A stretch of DNA of 64,000 nucleotides. Source: Yuukianura sp. NJ FZ-2021. Its lineage: Eukaryota. The notes under the pieces were generated by a model, which was given only the letters and a program-made list of their open reading frames with translations, ran no database searches and had not been told where the DNA came from. This document shows positions 1 to 12,195 of this stretch, in pieces. The DNA is taken from the NCBI GenBank assembly GCA_046563655.1, contig CM102289.1, positions 3,038,001-3,102,000 of the forward strand, read 5' to 3'. A program made the position numbers and the translations under genes. The stretch's first letter is position 1, and each line of letters opens with the position of its first letter.

Positions 1-355
1 GACAAAGGCCAGAATTAGAAGTAAGGGTGCAACAGTGCGTAGTAATGGCTGTGTCGTGTTCACAACAACAATTGTGTTTCTCCATCGTCGATTATCCGTT
101 TTCGAACAAGAGGAATATGAAGCAGAAGCAGTAGAAAAGTCGTTTCTTAACTTTTAGAATGGAAGATTGACTCGTGAGCTTCGACTTTGGATATGTTATT
201 GGTGCGATTATGACTTAATAAAAAGAGCAATTGAAGAAAGGACGATAAATAGAAAATCACACAGCTCCAAACTGACGGTGATGGTTCTGCCTGTGCCTGC
301 TGCGTTTTGACACAGTGACTTGACCTGTGAATATGATCAGAGGCTCGTCCGGATG

Positions 356-706
356 CTAATCTTGAGGCTCCGGTTCGGAAAATTCTCTTCGTAGAGTCCA
401 GCTATATTCGGTCGTTTGAATGCCTTTGGGACACGACGTCACTGTGGCCGTGGCTGTTGTCGTAATAACTTTAAATCCCAGAACCTCCAAACCTGTTAAA
501 ACAACTGCAATTTTAATAGGTGGTGGATTTCCGTTGTTGATATAACGACTTGAAGGGCCGAATCGGATGAATCCTTCGAGGTCACTTCCTTCTTGACGAT
601 TTGACAAACAAGGGATCTCTTCCAAGTATTTCAAATCCTCTGGTTTCAATCCGGCAATTTCCACCACTCCGCTTCCCTTCTTCCAAATCACTATGCAATA
701 TGGCAT
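356..706 (-). CDS. Small GTP cyclohydrolase I feedback regulatory protein (GFRP)-like protein, 116 aa, single coding exon
   Basis: Starts MPY and has 'VLTGLEVLGFKVIT' and 'YSWTLRRE', resembling GFRP 'MPY...VLDKLE..GFRV....VWCLHKE'. Recognised by eye only. Confidence 0.5.
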   Translation of the reverse strand: MPYCIVIWKKGSGVVEIAGLKPEDLKYLEEIPCLSNRQEGSDLEGFIRFGPSSRYINNGNPPPIKIAVVLTGLEVLGFKVITTTATATVTSCPKGIQTTEYSWTLRREFSEPEPQD

Positions 707-1553
707 ACCGATCTATTCAAATGGTTCCAAAATCCAAAGTGCTGTTTACTTCCTCTAAGCTCAACTGTATTACAAAAAAAAACATGCGTAATTTGTCACT
801 GTCAACTTGTCTTTGCCACCTTATTGCTTATGTGGAAATTGTAACCTGTGTTCCGTTGCGACAACAATAACAATGGCCCGTAAATCTTATTTAAATACGA
901 GAACCGCCGACATCTTAAATTGAACACACGAACACACACACAAAGACGAAATTTCGAATTTAAAAAAATCAACTGTAACAAATTTGACCATCGGACAAAG
1001 CCTATCTGAAATCTGCTGATTAAAAGTCTGTCCTAGTATAGCATGTCCATTGAAGTGTAGTATGGTATAGAAAGGTTGTCTAAAACTCAGAATTCCGCCA
1101 AAGTGACTGTAAAGCCTTTAGTCTTACCGAATCCGGCGCCCGCATCGGTGTTTGTCGACTTCAAGTGTTTCTATTTTTGAATTTCACATAAACGCCCCAA
1201 TGAAACCCAACAAAACGTCACCCCACCATTCGTGGCAACATTTTGATGTAAGCTTGAGGCGGCAGTAGCTCTTGGGAAAAAGATTTCGAGAGTTGGGTTT
1301 GAAATGGCGGAAAAAGTGAAAAATTCGTGCATTTCAACTTCCCATGCTTCTATTTTTGAATTTCACATGAACGATATGTTCATTGTACTGTGTAAAATTG
1401 TGGAACAAAGCGTGTGGTAACAATATACCCAAACAGGGATCCAATAACAAATATATCGAATTACAATTTAAAAGAAATGTCAAAAAAAAAATTAAACTAA
1501 ATGGAATTATAAATCCACACAGGACGTATAACCGCCGATGCTGAATGCATATT

Positions 1554-3420
1554 TTACTTTTTCTTTCTAGTCATGTCAATTTTTGGTTTTGCTTTTGAAA
1601 TGAACTGCAAAATCGCTTTGAACAAAAGCAGCAAAGCTTTGTATAGAATGCAGATTATGACAACCAGAGTTGCTGAAAGGAAACCAATCACATCCAAAGA
1701 ATAGTACTGAAAAAAGTTCAAATCTCTGGCGGCTGAGCGTAAATGGTGTGCACCTAAGTAAAAGTGCAAAATGAACGTCAAACGTCGTCATTTTATACAC
1801 GCACAAAGAAATCGTACAACTGATGATAGTTTTCTACTGACCTTTGTGTCTTATTACGTATTCGGACCAAAACACTGCACGATCCAGAGGATGATTTGGT
1901 TGGTCCTGGAAAGTTTTTGAAACAGCCAACGCTCTTTCCTTGTAACTAAAATGAGAAACGTTGCCACATAAATTGTACAATTTTTCTCTTCATGTAGCCG
2001 CGCTTAAATTTTACCGGGAGTCTGTTAAAATACTGTTGATAGCTTCCAACAACTTCTCCTCGGAAATTGTATTAAAATCCAGAACGAGTCCATAGCCAGC
2101 TTGCTTAGCCAGTTCCATGTTAATTGTTTGGTCAGCAAACATCGGAAAGCCAATGATAGGAACACCATGGTAAGCTGCCTCCGCTGTACTTCCGAAACCA
2201 CCATGAGTGATGAACGCCCTGCGAAGAAACATAGAAGGTCATTGACCTCTGTCCGACTGGTTGGACCTAAGGTCATTGACCTCACCTGATTTTAGGGTGA
2301 CCCAGAACATCCTGTTGGGGAACCCACTTGCTCAGTTTCACATTTGGCGGCAAATCATCCATCTCCTCAGTTTCCCACTTCCAAAGCACTTTCTGCTTCA
2401 ATTTCGAAAAAGCCCGGTTCAAAATTTTTCGTTTTTCTTCCGGCATTGTGGATCCCTTGAGTAGAGATCCCATGCTAAATAAAATGAAACCATCTTCCCC
2501 TGAACTGGATACAAAATCTTCCAACTCCTAAAAACAATTTTTTAAGAATGACAAATTTTAATTTAAAATTTAAACAAAAAAATTTTAAATCGGACTTTTG
2601 GAAGTGCTTTTGCGGGTCGACAGTGCATTCCACCAACTTCCACAATGTCGGGCAGGAACGGACGAATTGAACCAATACTAAAATGGCTATTGGAAAATAT
2701 CATGCTCGTGTTTTTGTACAGATCACTAGGAGATGGAACGTCATGTCCAAGTTTTTCCTTATAAACTTTTTCAATCTCCGAAAACATAATGCAATGCATG
2801 AATCCTCTGATGAAAATTTCAACGACAAAGTTCACAATTCGTTCGTAAAAATTCATGTGATTGGTGTATCCCGTCATAGCATGCGGAACAAAAGACGAAG
2901 GCGATGGAGTTCCAAGCATTGACGAAACTGCTGTAATGACGCTGAGTGGACTGATGAGAATCACATTTGTCTTGAAAGTCCAGGCAAACGCTAGAGAACA
3001 CTCGTTTACGTTGGCTGGAACAAAAATGAGGTCAAAGGTCATCGACCTCAAAGCCTTAACTTCGGTCGAATCCAAAGCCGCATTGCATTGTCTTACGGCC
3101 GCCATCAAAACGTTGAATGGACTTATGTTTCCTCCTTTGGATTTTACTTCAAACATGTTTGGTATCATGGCTGACATGCCGTCACCATCGCCAACCTGAA
3201 TTTCTCTTAAATTTTTGATTATTTTTGTACTTGGAACTGGTGTTACCACTGTGACCTCGTGACCTCTGGCAGCAAGTGCTTCTAGTAAAGGGTCATATGT
3301 AATTTTGTGACTCCGGGAGCACGTAAAGGCCACACAAAGAATTTTTGCGCCTGACGCAGTATGGAGACAATTCGGTACAAGAACAAACAGCACAAGCAAA
3401 TATTTTATTTTAATATTCAT
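1554..3420 (-). CDS. UDP-glycosyltransferase (UGT), ER membrane type, 5 coding exons; paralog 1
   Basis: ATG at 3420 (MNIKIKYLL, signal peptide); catalytic His in 'SRSHK'; UGT signature [45 protein letters not shown]-terminal TM helix and Lys-rich ER-retention tail; GT-AG introns at 2528-2595, 2219-2285 and two more near 1945-2015 and 1755-1841. Confidence 0.95.
2236..2282. promoter_or_regulatory. Two perfect IR1 nuclear-receptor palindromes (AGGTCAtTGACCT) in the 67-bp intron 2 of UGT paralog 1
   Basis: AGGTCATTGACCT at 2236-2248 and 2270-2282. IR1 is the idealised EcR/USP (and FXR/RXR) element. Function is not shown. Confidence 0.55.
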
Positions 3421-3857
3421 CCTCCAAAATTTTGTTTGAAAAAATTGTGAATTGAAATCAGTAGCAGAAAAACACTGTATCTGAAACCAAAAAAAAGGTC
3501 GAAAATGGCAGAACTTCGCACAACTAATAAAAATTAATCCTCTATACAATTGGCTCAATTGAAGTGGGTTGAAATTACTACATTATACTGTTTAGAAGCT
3601 TCAAGCCTTTGAAACCAAATTGGCATAAAAGAATAAACTTAGGGGTATGACAATTTTTTTTTTACTATCGGATTAGCCCTATGATGCAGCCTCTATGAAC
3701 TGTAAACTATATATGTGCGTTACAATGTCAGAAGAATTGAATTGAAGAAGAATTGACCATCTCAAATTCCGGTGCGAGGATTGTAATAAATAACACTTTT
3801 TAAAGCAATTTTTCATATAACGGCTGTAGTGTGTAGGCTAAGCGCATCTTTCTGAAA

Positions 3858-4060
3858 TGTTATACATGTATATTATACACATTTAGTATATTTTTCTATT
3901 ATACATGTATATTATACACATTTAGTATATTTTTTTATTATACATGTATATTATACACATCTATTATATTCATTTATTATGCACGTATATTATTCAGATC
4001 TAGTATATTTTTATATTATGCATGTATATTATACACATCTACTACATTTTTTATTATACA
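3858..4060. repeat. AT-rich minisatellite, about 39-40 bp unit, about 5 progressively degenerate copies
   Basis: Repeated ttatacatgtatattatacacatttagtatatttttt, containing the palindrome tatacatgtata. Confidence 0.85.
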
Positions 4061-4638
4061 TATTGTGTCTAAATTGCATCTAATTGCATTTGTGTTGGAT
4101 TACTCTACAAGAGTTACAGTAAATCCAAAATAAAATTCTAATCGTATTATTATTCTAATCTTATAACTTATAATAAAATAATTTACGTATGCCGAAAGGT
4201 TTTACACTTGGATTCTACTCATACCACGATCGATTTGGAGTGACACTTGTCTAATGCCGAAATCATGAATGACAAAAACCGTCTCAGCAGTTGCTCTGTA
4301 CCTGCTTTCGCGAAGAAATTAACGAACTCAAAGCCAAGTATTTGAATTCTTAAGAGTCTCGTATACAACTTCTAAGTTCATAGAGGTTAGTATAATATTA
4401 CTAGTACTATAATAGTAATTACTATTATATTACTCTTATATAACCTATATAATTACTAGTAATATATTACTCTTATATAACTAGTTACAACATGATTGCC
4501 GAAAAGGGAGGTAAAAATATAGAACCAAAAACGGTAGAAGGACTCACGTAAAATTAAAGTTGAACTTACACTTACAAGATGTTATAATTTTTAACAATAA
4601 AAGTGGCGCATAACTACTGTTTCTTCAAAATAGTTTGA

Positions 4639-6023
4639 TCAGTATTTCAGTGCCATTAGGAGTGAAATCAAGTTATCGACAATGGTTTCATTTACTGTGA
4701 CTATCATTCCACGATCAACATAGTTAAGCGGACCACATTTAACAGAAAATGCTCTCAATGGTTTTGCCAACAGAATGTCCGCCTTCCCTTTGGAATGTTT
4801 CTGAAGCAAAGAGATGCAATTGGTTGAAGTGGTAACAAGATCTGCAGCTTCTGCTACAAAGAAACTTATGACAATGTGAACACCGCCAGCTATACCAAAA
4901 AGAACAAAGCCATAGAGTGAACTGATTAATCTAAAGAAAATGGCATAACTGATTGAACTGGATGCAACTCCTGCTACAACGCACCACCCAAATATGCTCT
5001 CCAAAAAGTCATTCCAGAGCGGCATTAACACACTGACTGCGTTGTAGCGCCGAACTTCAACTAAAAAATAATTTGGTTTACGCAAGCGCTTTTCCAGTCG
5101 CGAATGAGAAAACCAGCATGTTTTCAAGTTCTTTGCCAACAAAATAAGACTTATATACTGCAAATGCTTGTGAAACGTAAGGTAGGCGACGACCACCAAG
5201 TTACCAAATAATGCGCAAGTGAGGCAAGTCTCGATGTAACTCAAGGTTGTATTTGGGAATACCATGGTTAGCAATATGTGCACGAGCGCTTCCATGTCTT
5301 CAAAGTACGCCCACGTTGAACATATTGGGAATCCAATTACTAGTATCACAAAAGCCTGATACAAAAGTTTCATCCACCGGAAGTTGCCAATCATTTTATT
5401 TCGAAATACCAGCATCCCTACTCACAGAACCAATTATCGGGTGTTCGAAAAGTTAGTTCCATCTTTTTTCTCCCTGTGTTACTTCTCCATCTCATCTCTC
5501 ATCTCCCACCGTTGAGTTTTTGCAGCTTACGAGTTTTGTGCAGAAAAAGATGGAACTAACTTTTCTAACACCCGATATATTCTGAACCTTGTAATTGATA
5601 AACATTTTTCCTTTTGTTTTAAATTTGCGTTTGACTTTAATTACCTGCATTTGATTCCAAATATGCCAGAATAGTATTGAGCAGTTGTTGCCACACTTTC
5701 CTGTTCCAAATTCCATTTAAATCCACAACAACATTATGAGACAGGACGAAGGCCCCAGCTAATATTTGAAATGTTAGTAGTGGATTCAAATTATTTGAAT
5801 AGCTAACAAAAGCCAGCATAAGGGATGTCGGTGTTTGGAGTAAGTCGTAAATAAGAACAGCGTAGGAGAGTACACGATAGTGTTTTGTCTCATCCAAACC
5901 GAAGGCGGCCTTGGATGGGTTCCATTTTAATGGATTCTGGTACATCACATGGCCTCTTCGTAAAACCATCAACAAAAACTCCAAGGATGGCAACATCTTT
6001 ATATTAAAACCTTTAACAGACAT
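4639..6023 (-). CDS. Divergent multi-pass chemoreceptor-like protein (GR/OR 7TM ion-channel superfamily), 2 exons, about 385 aa
   Basis: Phase-1 intron 5418-5644 (GCA G|gtaa...tag|GG ATG) joins the two ORFs in frame. About 7 hydrophobic segments; C-terminus 'RAFSVKCGPLNYVDRGMIVTVNETIVDNLISLL' fits the GR/OR-type G-x-x-x-I/V-D...TM7 pattern. Confidence 0.7.
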
Positions 6024-6764
6024 GTTGAAGAGTGTATTCCCAGGATGCTAAAATGAAAAAGACTGAAAAGAATTACCAAAAAACGAAAAAATAAACTTAT
6101 CAGTTAAAGTTTTGGTTTCATAAGCATTAAATAAAAGCATTACTTAAGGAAAAGTATGGAAATGGTATAAACTTGTAAAGTAGAATGTTTTTCAACCTAA
6201 AATTCGTTAATAATAGAACTTGAGGTGCTCTTTAGAGTACTTTCTAAAATACTCAACTTTTAGTGCTTTTAGCAGAGGCGTAATGGGTAGGTATAAGTCA
6301 ATATTCAATATTCAACTGCGAAGTCAACATGCCTACCAACTGAAACTCAATTTCAACACAATTTTTCCATTTTGATTCGATTTAGGAAATTCTAGGCAGC
6401 GTCCTATTATTTAGCAAACATTTTAAACATTTAGCTACCGTGAAAAGCTTTTATTTTGGAAAACAACTTTCACCTGCCGAAGTCAGGTTGAGTAATTATT
6501 GATAAAGTAGAGTTGATAATTTAAAACTTTTAAAAACTTGTTTTCACTGCTTCAATTTTTCCAAAACAATATGTTTCCGTTTTAGTTTTCACTGTGTCAA
6601 AATTAAACAAAAAGTTGTATGATGAAACACAGTTTTAAACTCCCGTGAGAATCACGATGCTGTAAAATTAAAATAAAAGTAGCAAAATTGAAAAAGCAAA
6701 TAAACTAACAGAAAAACAAATTTTTAACACAAATATGATTTGTCTTTGAAATCAAATCCATTGT

Positions 6765-8739
6765 TTATTTCTTCTTTTTTCTTAGGTCAGTTTGTTTTGC
6801 CTTTGAAAAAGTGAACCCTAGAATTGTTTTACACAAATACTTGATGATTCTGTAGATAGTCCAGAGTACTACAATCACCGTTGTCAAAATGAAGCAAATC
6901 ACGTCGATGGAATGGTACTGGAAAAAGTTTAAATCTCCGGCGGCTGAACGCAAATGTCGTGCACCTAAACGGTGAAATTTAAGTCGAAAGTTATTGTTTT
7001 TGTAAAAAATTCTTAAACTATTAAATAACCAATAGCTAATTCGTTAATTTTTTTTATAGTTCTATGGTAGTTCACCTTCGTGTCTTATGACGTATTCGGA
7101 CCAATAAACTGCACGATCCAGAGGATGATTTGGTTGGTCCTGGAAAATTTTTGAAACAGCCAACGCTCTTTCCTTGTAACTAAAATGAAAAAGGTTTCCA
7201 CATAAATCGTGCTTTGTCGATGTGCAGGTTATTAACCTTACATTAATCTTAACCTAATTTCGTTAGTAACTTAATTTATACCAATTTATAGTTTTTAATT
7301 CTTAATTCACAATAATTTATATTTGTTTTCACTTTACCTCGAGTCAGTTAAAATACTGTTGATAGCTTCCAACAAACTTTCTTCGGAAATTGTATTGAAA
7401 TCTAGAACGAGTCCATAGCCAGCTTGTTTAGCCAGTTCCATGTTAATTGTTTGGTCGGCAAACATCGGGAGACCAATGACCGGAACTCCATGGTACACTG
7501 CTTCCGTTGTACTTCCAAATCCACCATGAGTAATAAACGCCCTATAAAAACATAGAAGGTCATTGACCTCTGTACTACTGGTTGGAAAGGTAATTGACCT
7601 CACCTGATTTTGGGGTGACCCAGGACATCCTGCTGTGGAACCCACTTGCTCAGTTTAACATTTGGCGGCAAATCGTCCATCTCCTCAGTTTCCCACTTCC
7701 AGAGCACGTTCTGCTTCAATTTCGAAAATACGCGGGTTAAAATTTTCCGTTTTTCTTCTGGCATTGTGGATCCCTTGAGAACAGATCCCATACTGAATAA
7801 AATCAATCCATCCTTTCCTGAACTGGACACAAAATCTTCCAAGTCCTAAAAGAGCATTTAAAATTTTTTCACAGAATTTCAAAAAAAAAAATAATAAATA
7901 AATTGCAAGCCGACCTTTGGAAGTGGTTTAGCAGCTCGGCAGTGCATTCCACCCACTTCTACAATGTCAGGTAGGAACGGCCGAACGGAGGCAATGCTAA
8001 AATGGCTATTTGAAAATATCATGCTTGTGTCACGGTAAAGGTCACCGGGAGATGGAACGTCATGACCCAGCTTTTCCCGGTAAACTTTCTCAATTGCAGG
8101 GAACATAACGACCTGCAAGACTCCTGTGTACATGGTATCCGCAATAAGGTTTATCATTCGTTCGTAAAAAGTCATGCGCTCAGTGTATCCCGTCAAGAAA
8201 TTGGGAACGAAGGATGTAGGCGATGGACTTCCGTACATTCCCGAAACCGCTGCAGGGACGCTAAGCGGACTGATGAGAATCACACTCGATTTGAACGTCC
8301 AAGCAAATGCTAAAGAGCATTCGTTCATATTGGCGGGAACAAAGATAAGGTCATAGGTATTTGCCATCAGAGCTTTGATTTCAGGCAAATCCAGAGTCGC
8401 GTTACACTGATCTACCGCCTCAGTTATAAACTGTAATGGATTTATGTTTCCTCCTTTGGCTTTGACTTCGAACATATTTGGCATTGAGGCTGTCATGGCT
8501 TCTACATCACCAACTTGAATTTCCCGCAAGTTCTTGATTGTTTTTGTACTAGGAATTGGTGATACTACTGTGACCTCGTGACCTCTAGCGGCCAGTGCTT
8601 CTAGTAAAGGGTCATACGTAATTTTGTGACTCTTAAGGGAAGTGAAAGCCACGGAAAGAATTTTTGCACTCAATCCATTCTGAGGACAACTGGAAACCAG
8701 AACGCAAAACACCAAAAAATGTTTTATTTTAACGTTCAT
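6765..8739 (-). CDS. UDP-glycosyltransferase (UGT), 5 coding exons; paralog 2
   Basis: Same exon structure as 1554-3420; 'KSHK', UGT signature [46 protein letters not shown] helix and RKKKK tail. Confidence 0.95.
7557..7600. promoter_or_regulatory. IR1 pair in the 62-bp intron 2 (7542-7603) of UGT paralog 2
   Basis: Perfect AGGTCATTGACCT at 7557-7569 and one-mismatch AGGTAATTGACCT at 7588-7600, at the positions orthologous to paralog 1. Confidence 0.55.
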
Positions 8740-9784
8740 TTTGCTAAACTTTCAGAAAAATTGATACTTTCTAATACGGGCAGAAAACAGAAACTGCTGA
8801 AACAAATCAACGTCATGTGAACATAGCTAAACTTGAACAAATCACGCACAAAGACAATCTGACTCTCTATCTACCTAAATCACTCGACTGAAGTGTTTTC
8901 AAGTTACTTTATCAATCGGCCAAAACAGAATTAAACGAAATATGGACTTCGGAGTATTCCAACTTTCTAACATCGCATGTGTTCTGGGATGTGACCTCAT
9001 GCAACTGTAGCTTTGAAAGAACATAAAATGTATCAAAATTTTAAGTTTTCCGCTAAATGATTGGAATGCTGCGCCAGTTCTTAGCTAAACTAGCATTGAA
9101 GAAAACCAAAAAATAAAACTGAAGTGAAATTGAAACTCTCAAAGTATGATGACCTCGAATTCTATTAACTATTTTACAATATTTTCCAAGGTTAACACTG
9201 ATTGATGGAAATTAAAGTGTCTTTTTTTGGGTCTTCGGTGGGACATTGGTCATCAATTTTAACAGAAACACTTGGATAAAAAATCACACATTCGGTCTTT
9301 GTTTCTGTTCTGGTCTCACAACATGCTATTTTTTACAGTTTACGATGCTCAATCTCATATCTCAATTGAACTTCTATTTGCATCGAATTGTATTGGTTTC
9401 AATACTTTCTACACAACTTGTAATTTGAATTTTTTTTTAAACTGATGTCTACAGTTTTATGTAATGCTGAAACCTCCAAACAATATGCAATTAGTATGCC
9501 CCCAGTAATGTGGACTGGTTTTAAGCGTTACACAGTTTGCAAATAAACTTGACTCTTTTTTGCCTAATTTGTAAGAGGATGAAAGCAGTAGATGAATTCA
9601 TACACTTGACATTGAAATGTAAAAAAACACGTCAAAATAGTGTTAAATGGGATTGACCTTGAAAAAATATAATTTACGTATTGGTTGGTAACTCAAAAGA
9701 TAAATAAAATTGTCATTTCTCTCGCAGCAAAGTTAGCAGAGAAGCTCTAGTATCAAGGCAAGAGTGGTAGCGTTCCATGCAATC

Positions 9785-11685
9785 ATGATCGACATATTAG
9801 AAATCAGTTTTTATGTGATTTCTTCGCTTGTGATTTTATTAATTTTCGGTGCGGTAGCCATTGCACTTTACGCTCGTTGGTATCGCGGTACATTAGAACA
9901 AACTGGAGTTACTGTCATCAAACCGCATTGGTTTCTTGGAAGCAATTTCGATGCGCACAATCAAATTCAGCCTCATGTTGACTTGGAAAGAATGCAAAAA
10001 CATGGACACGTTTACGGGGTAGTGTGAGATTATGTTTTTCAATCCTAAATTTTGTGATGAATGTTTATTTTTTAGTTTGATGTAATTTTTTTTAGGTATA
10101 CGATGGACGTCAACCAACAATTTTCATCTCAGATGCAAAACTTATGAAAAAAATTCAGTCGACGGATTTTGATTATTTTAGAAGCCACAGAACGTTTCTA
10201 ATCGAGCATCCAATTTTCTCAGAACTTCTCGACTTTCTCGACGGTAAGATTTTAAGCACACAAATTGAAAACAAGTTGAGAATATTTACAAACAAATTGG
10301 AAAACACATTTTTTCAAAATTGAATCTAAATCGAAATTTTTTTCTTTACAATTTCCTGTAACAATTTCAGATGAGAAATGGAAAGAGGTCCGATCTGTCT
10401 TAACTCCGCAGTTTACAACTGGAAAGATCAAACAAATGTGTGACACAATTTCGGATATTTCCTCAGATTACGTCAAAGCATTGAAACAAGACATGATGAA
10501 AACCGGCCAGGATAGAATAAAAATTGATTTCAGAAGGTAAAATTATAAAATTAATTCTTATAACAAAACAAAGTATTTAAAAAAGTGAAAGAAATCGTTT
10601 TAAACCTACTTTCCAATTGTATATCAGATATTGCCCGCCTTTAGTTTTGGAAATTATCGGCAAAGTTTTTTGTGGTATCAACATCGAAAATGCACGCGAC
10701 CCTAACAACATTTTCATAAATAATATGAAACAGTGCTTGGGTGGAGACGGAGACCTTTCAATGGACTGGACTTTCACTTTAGGAAGTCAGAAGTCTAATT
10801 AATTCAAATCGGATTCAACTTTTTAGTAATTTAGAGTCAACTTTAAATTGAGTTCTGATTCACTTTATAGGTGCCGTTCCACTGATTACACAATTTTTTC
10901 CAGTATTTCCGCCTGGTGCTATGGAGGTTTTTGCTAAAGAAATCAGAAGTATTTTGGAAGCTCGAGACAAAGCCAAAGTGGAGTCTCAGGATATGGTCAA
11001 CACTTTGCTCGAAATGACCAAAAAAGCTAAAACGGACGAAAATTACAAACGATTGGGAATCACCAGTAACACAGCAGTGGCTCAAGCATTTGAATTTTTT
11101 ATTGCAAGTTACGAAGCAGTTAGAGCCATTTTAAGTTATCTCATCTACTACCTCGCTACACAACCGGAAATACAAGAACGAGTGCGAATGGAAATCGAAG
11201 AGGCAATGAAAAATCGAAAAAGTCAAAAAGTCACGTACGAAACTGTTTCCGAAATGCCGTTCTTGACAGCATGTCTCATGGAAACTATGCGACTACAACC
11301 GTCTTTCTTTAGACCAGATCGAAGATGTACTAAAGATTGGGAACACAATGGAATCAAAATCAAGAAAGACATGATAGTCATATTTCCACTGTATGCAATT
11401 CACCGTGATCCAGCATCCTATGATGACCCGGAGACCTTCGATCCAGATAGATTCATGCCCGGAAGAAAAGAGAAACTGGATCCTTACACTTTTGGAACGT
11501 TTGGGAATGGCCCTAGAGCTTGTATTGGACAAAAATTTAGTTACCAAATGCTTAAAATCATTGTAGTCCAGTATATGCAGAGTTTCATTTTTGAACAAAG
11601 GAAGGACACTGAATTGAAATATGTCAAGGGAAACCCAATTTTCATACAGACAACTCCAATTTATGTTGATTTTGTTAAACGATGA
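9785..11685 (+). CDS. Cytochrome P450, CYP3 clan, 5 exons, atypical I-helix
   Basis: N-terminal TM anchor; 'YGVYDGRQPTIFISD'; C-helix 'WKEVRSVLTPQFTTGKIKQM'; ExxR 'ETMR'; PERF-like 'PDRF'; heme loop FGNGPRACIG; I-helix 'AQAFEFFIASYEAV'. Confidence 0.93.
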
Positions 11686-12195
11686 TATGCAACATAAAAT
11701 TCCGTAGCCATATAGCAACACAGTTTTTGAAACAAAAATATGAATGTTTTGTCCGGCTTGGTTTAAAAAGATATTAATAAAATTACGTAATAAAATATTA
11801 CCCAATATTACTAACAACAGTAAACATAAATATGATATGCTTACTGTTGTCTGTATGCCCATAGCGTAATATTTTTGAAGAGTTTTTATTTACAAGACGC
11901 TTCAAATATTTTGTTCAATTCAGATTTATCTTTTCTAAGAGTTGTTTAATTTTTCCCAATGTCATGATAAGATTTCTATTTAGTTCTTCAGAAGGCAATA
12001 CACATCTCACAAGGTCATATTTCATGCGTGACCTTGTAAGATCACCAAAAAGCATTTAGATTTCCTCAGTCGTGTGTACAAGATACGCCGTTCTACAGAA
12101 AACTAACATAAACAATAAATCGAGCTCCACTTGTTCCTCCTAACCACTCCAACCAGCCAGTCGCTTAAGTTTCACCAAATTCCGAATTTTGAAAA

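Noticed and set aside
1157..1373. Direct repeat of about 30-39 bp (ttctatttttgaatttcacat) about 179 bp apart, containing an Sm-site-like ATTTTTG
   Set aside because: No snRNA structure or other hallmarks; most likely a decayed local duplication or transposon fragment.
3421..3558. N-terminal extension of the 331-aa UGT ORF in the track
   Set aside because: Non-ATG start; the paralog and the signal peptide place the true start at ATG 3420.
4385..4490. AT-rich short tandem duplication (tatattactcttatataac x2)
   Set aside because: Low-complexity slippage product with no further structure.
11293..11862. 189-aa antisense ORF over the CYP3-clan P450, and similar antisense ORFs over the UGT, TPR, F-box and WDR6 exons
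   Set aside because: Shadow frames of real coding exons with no recognisable motifs.
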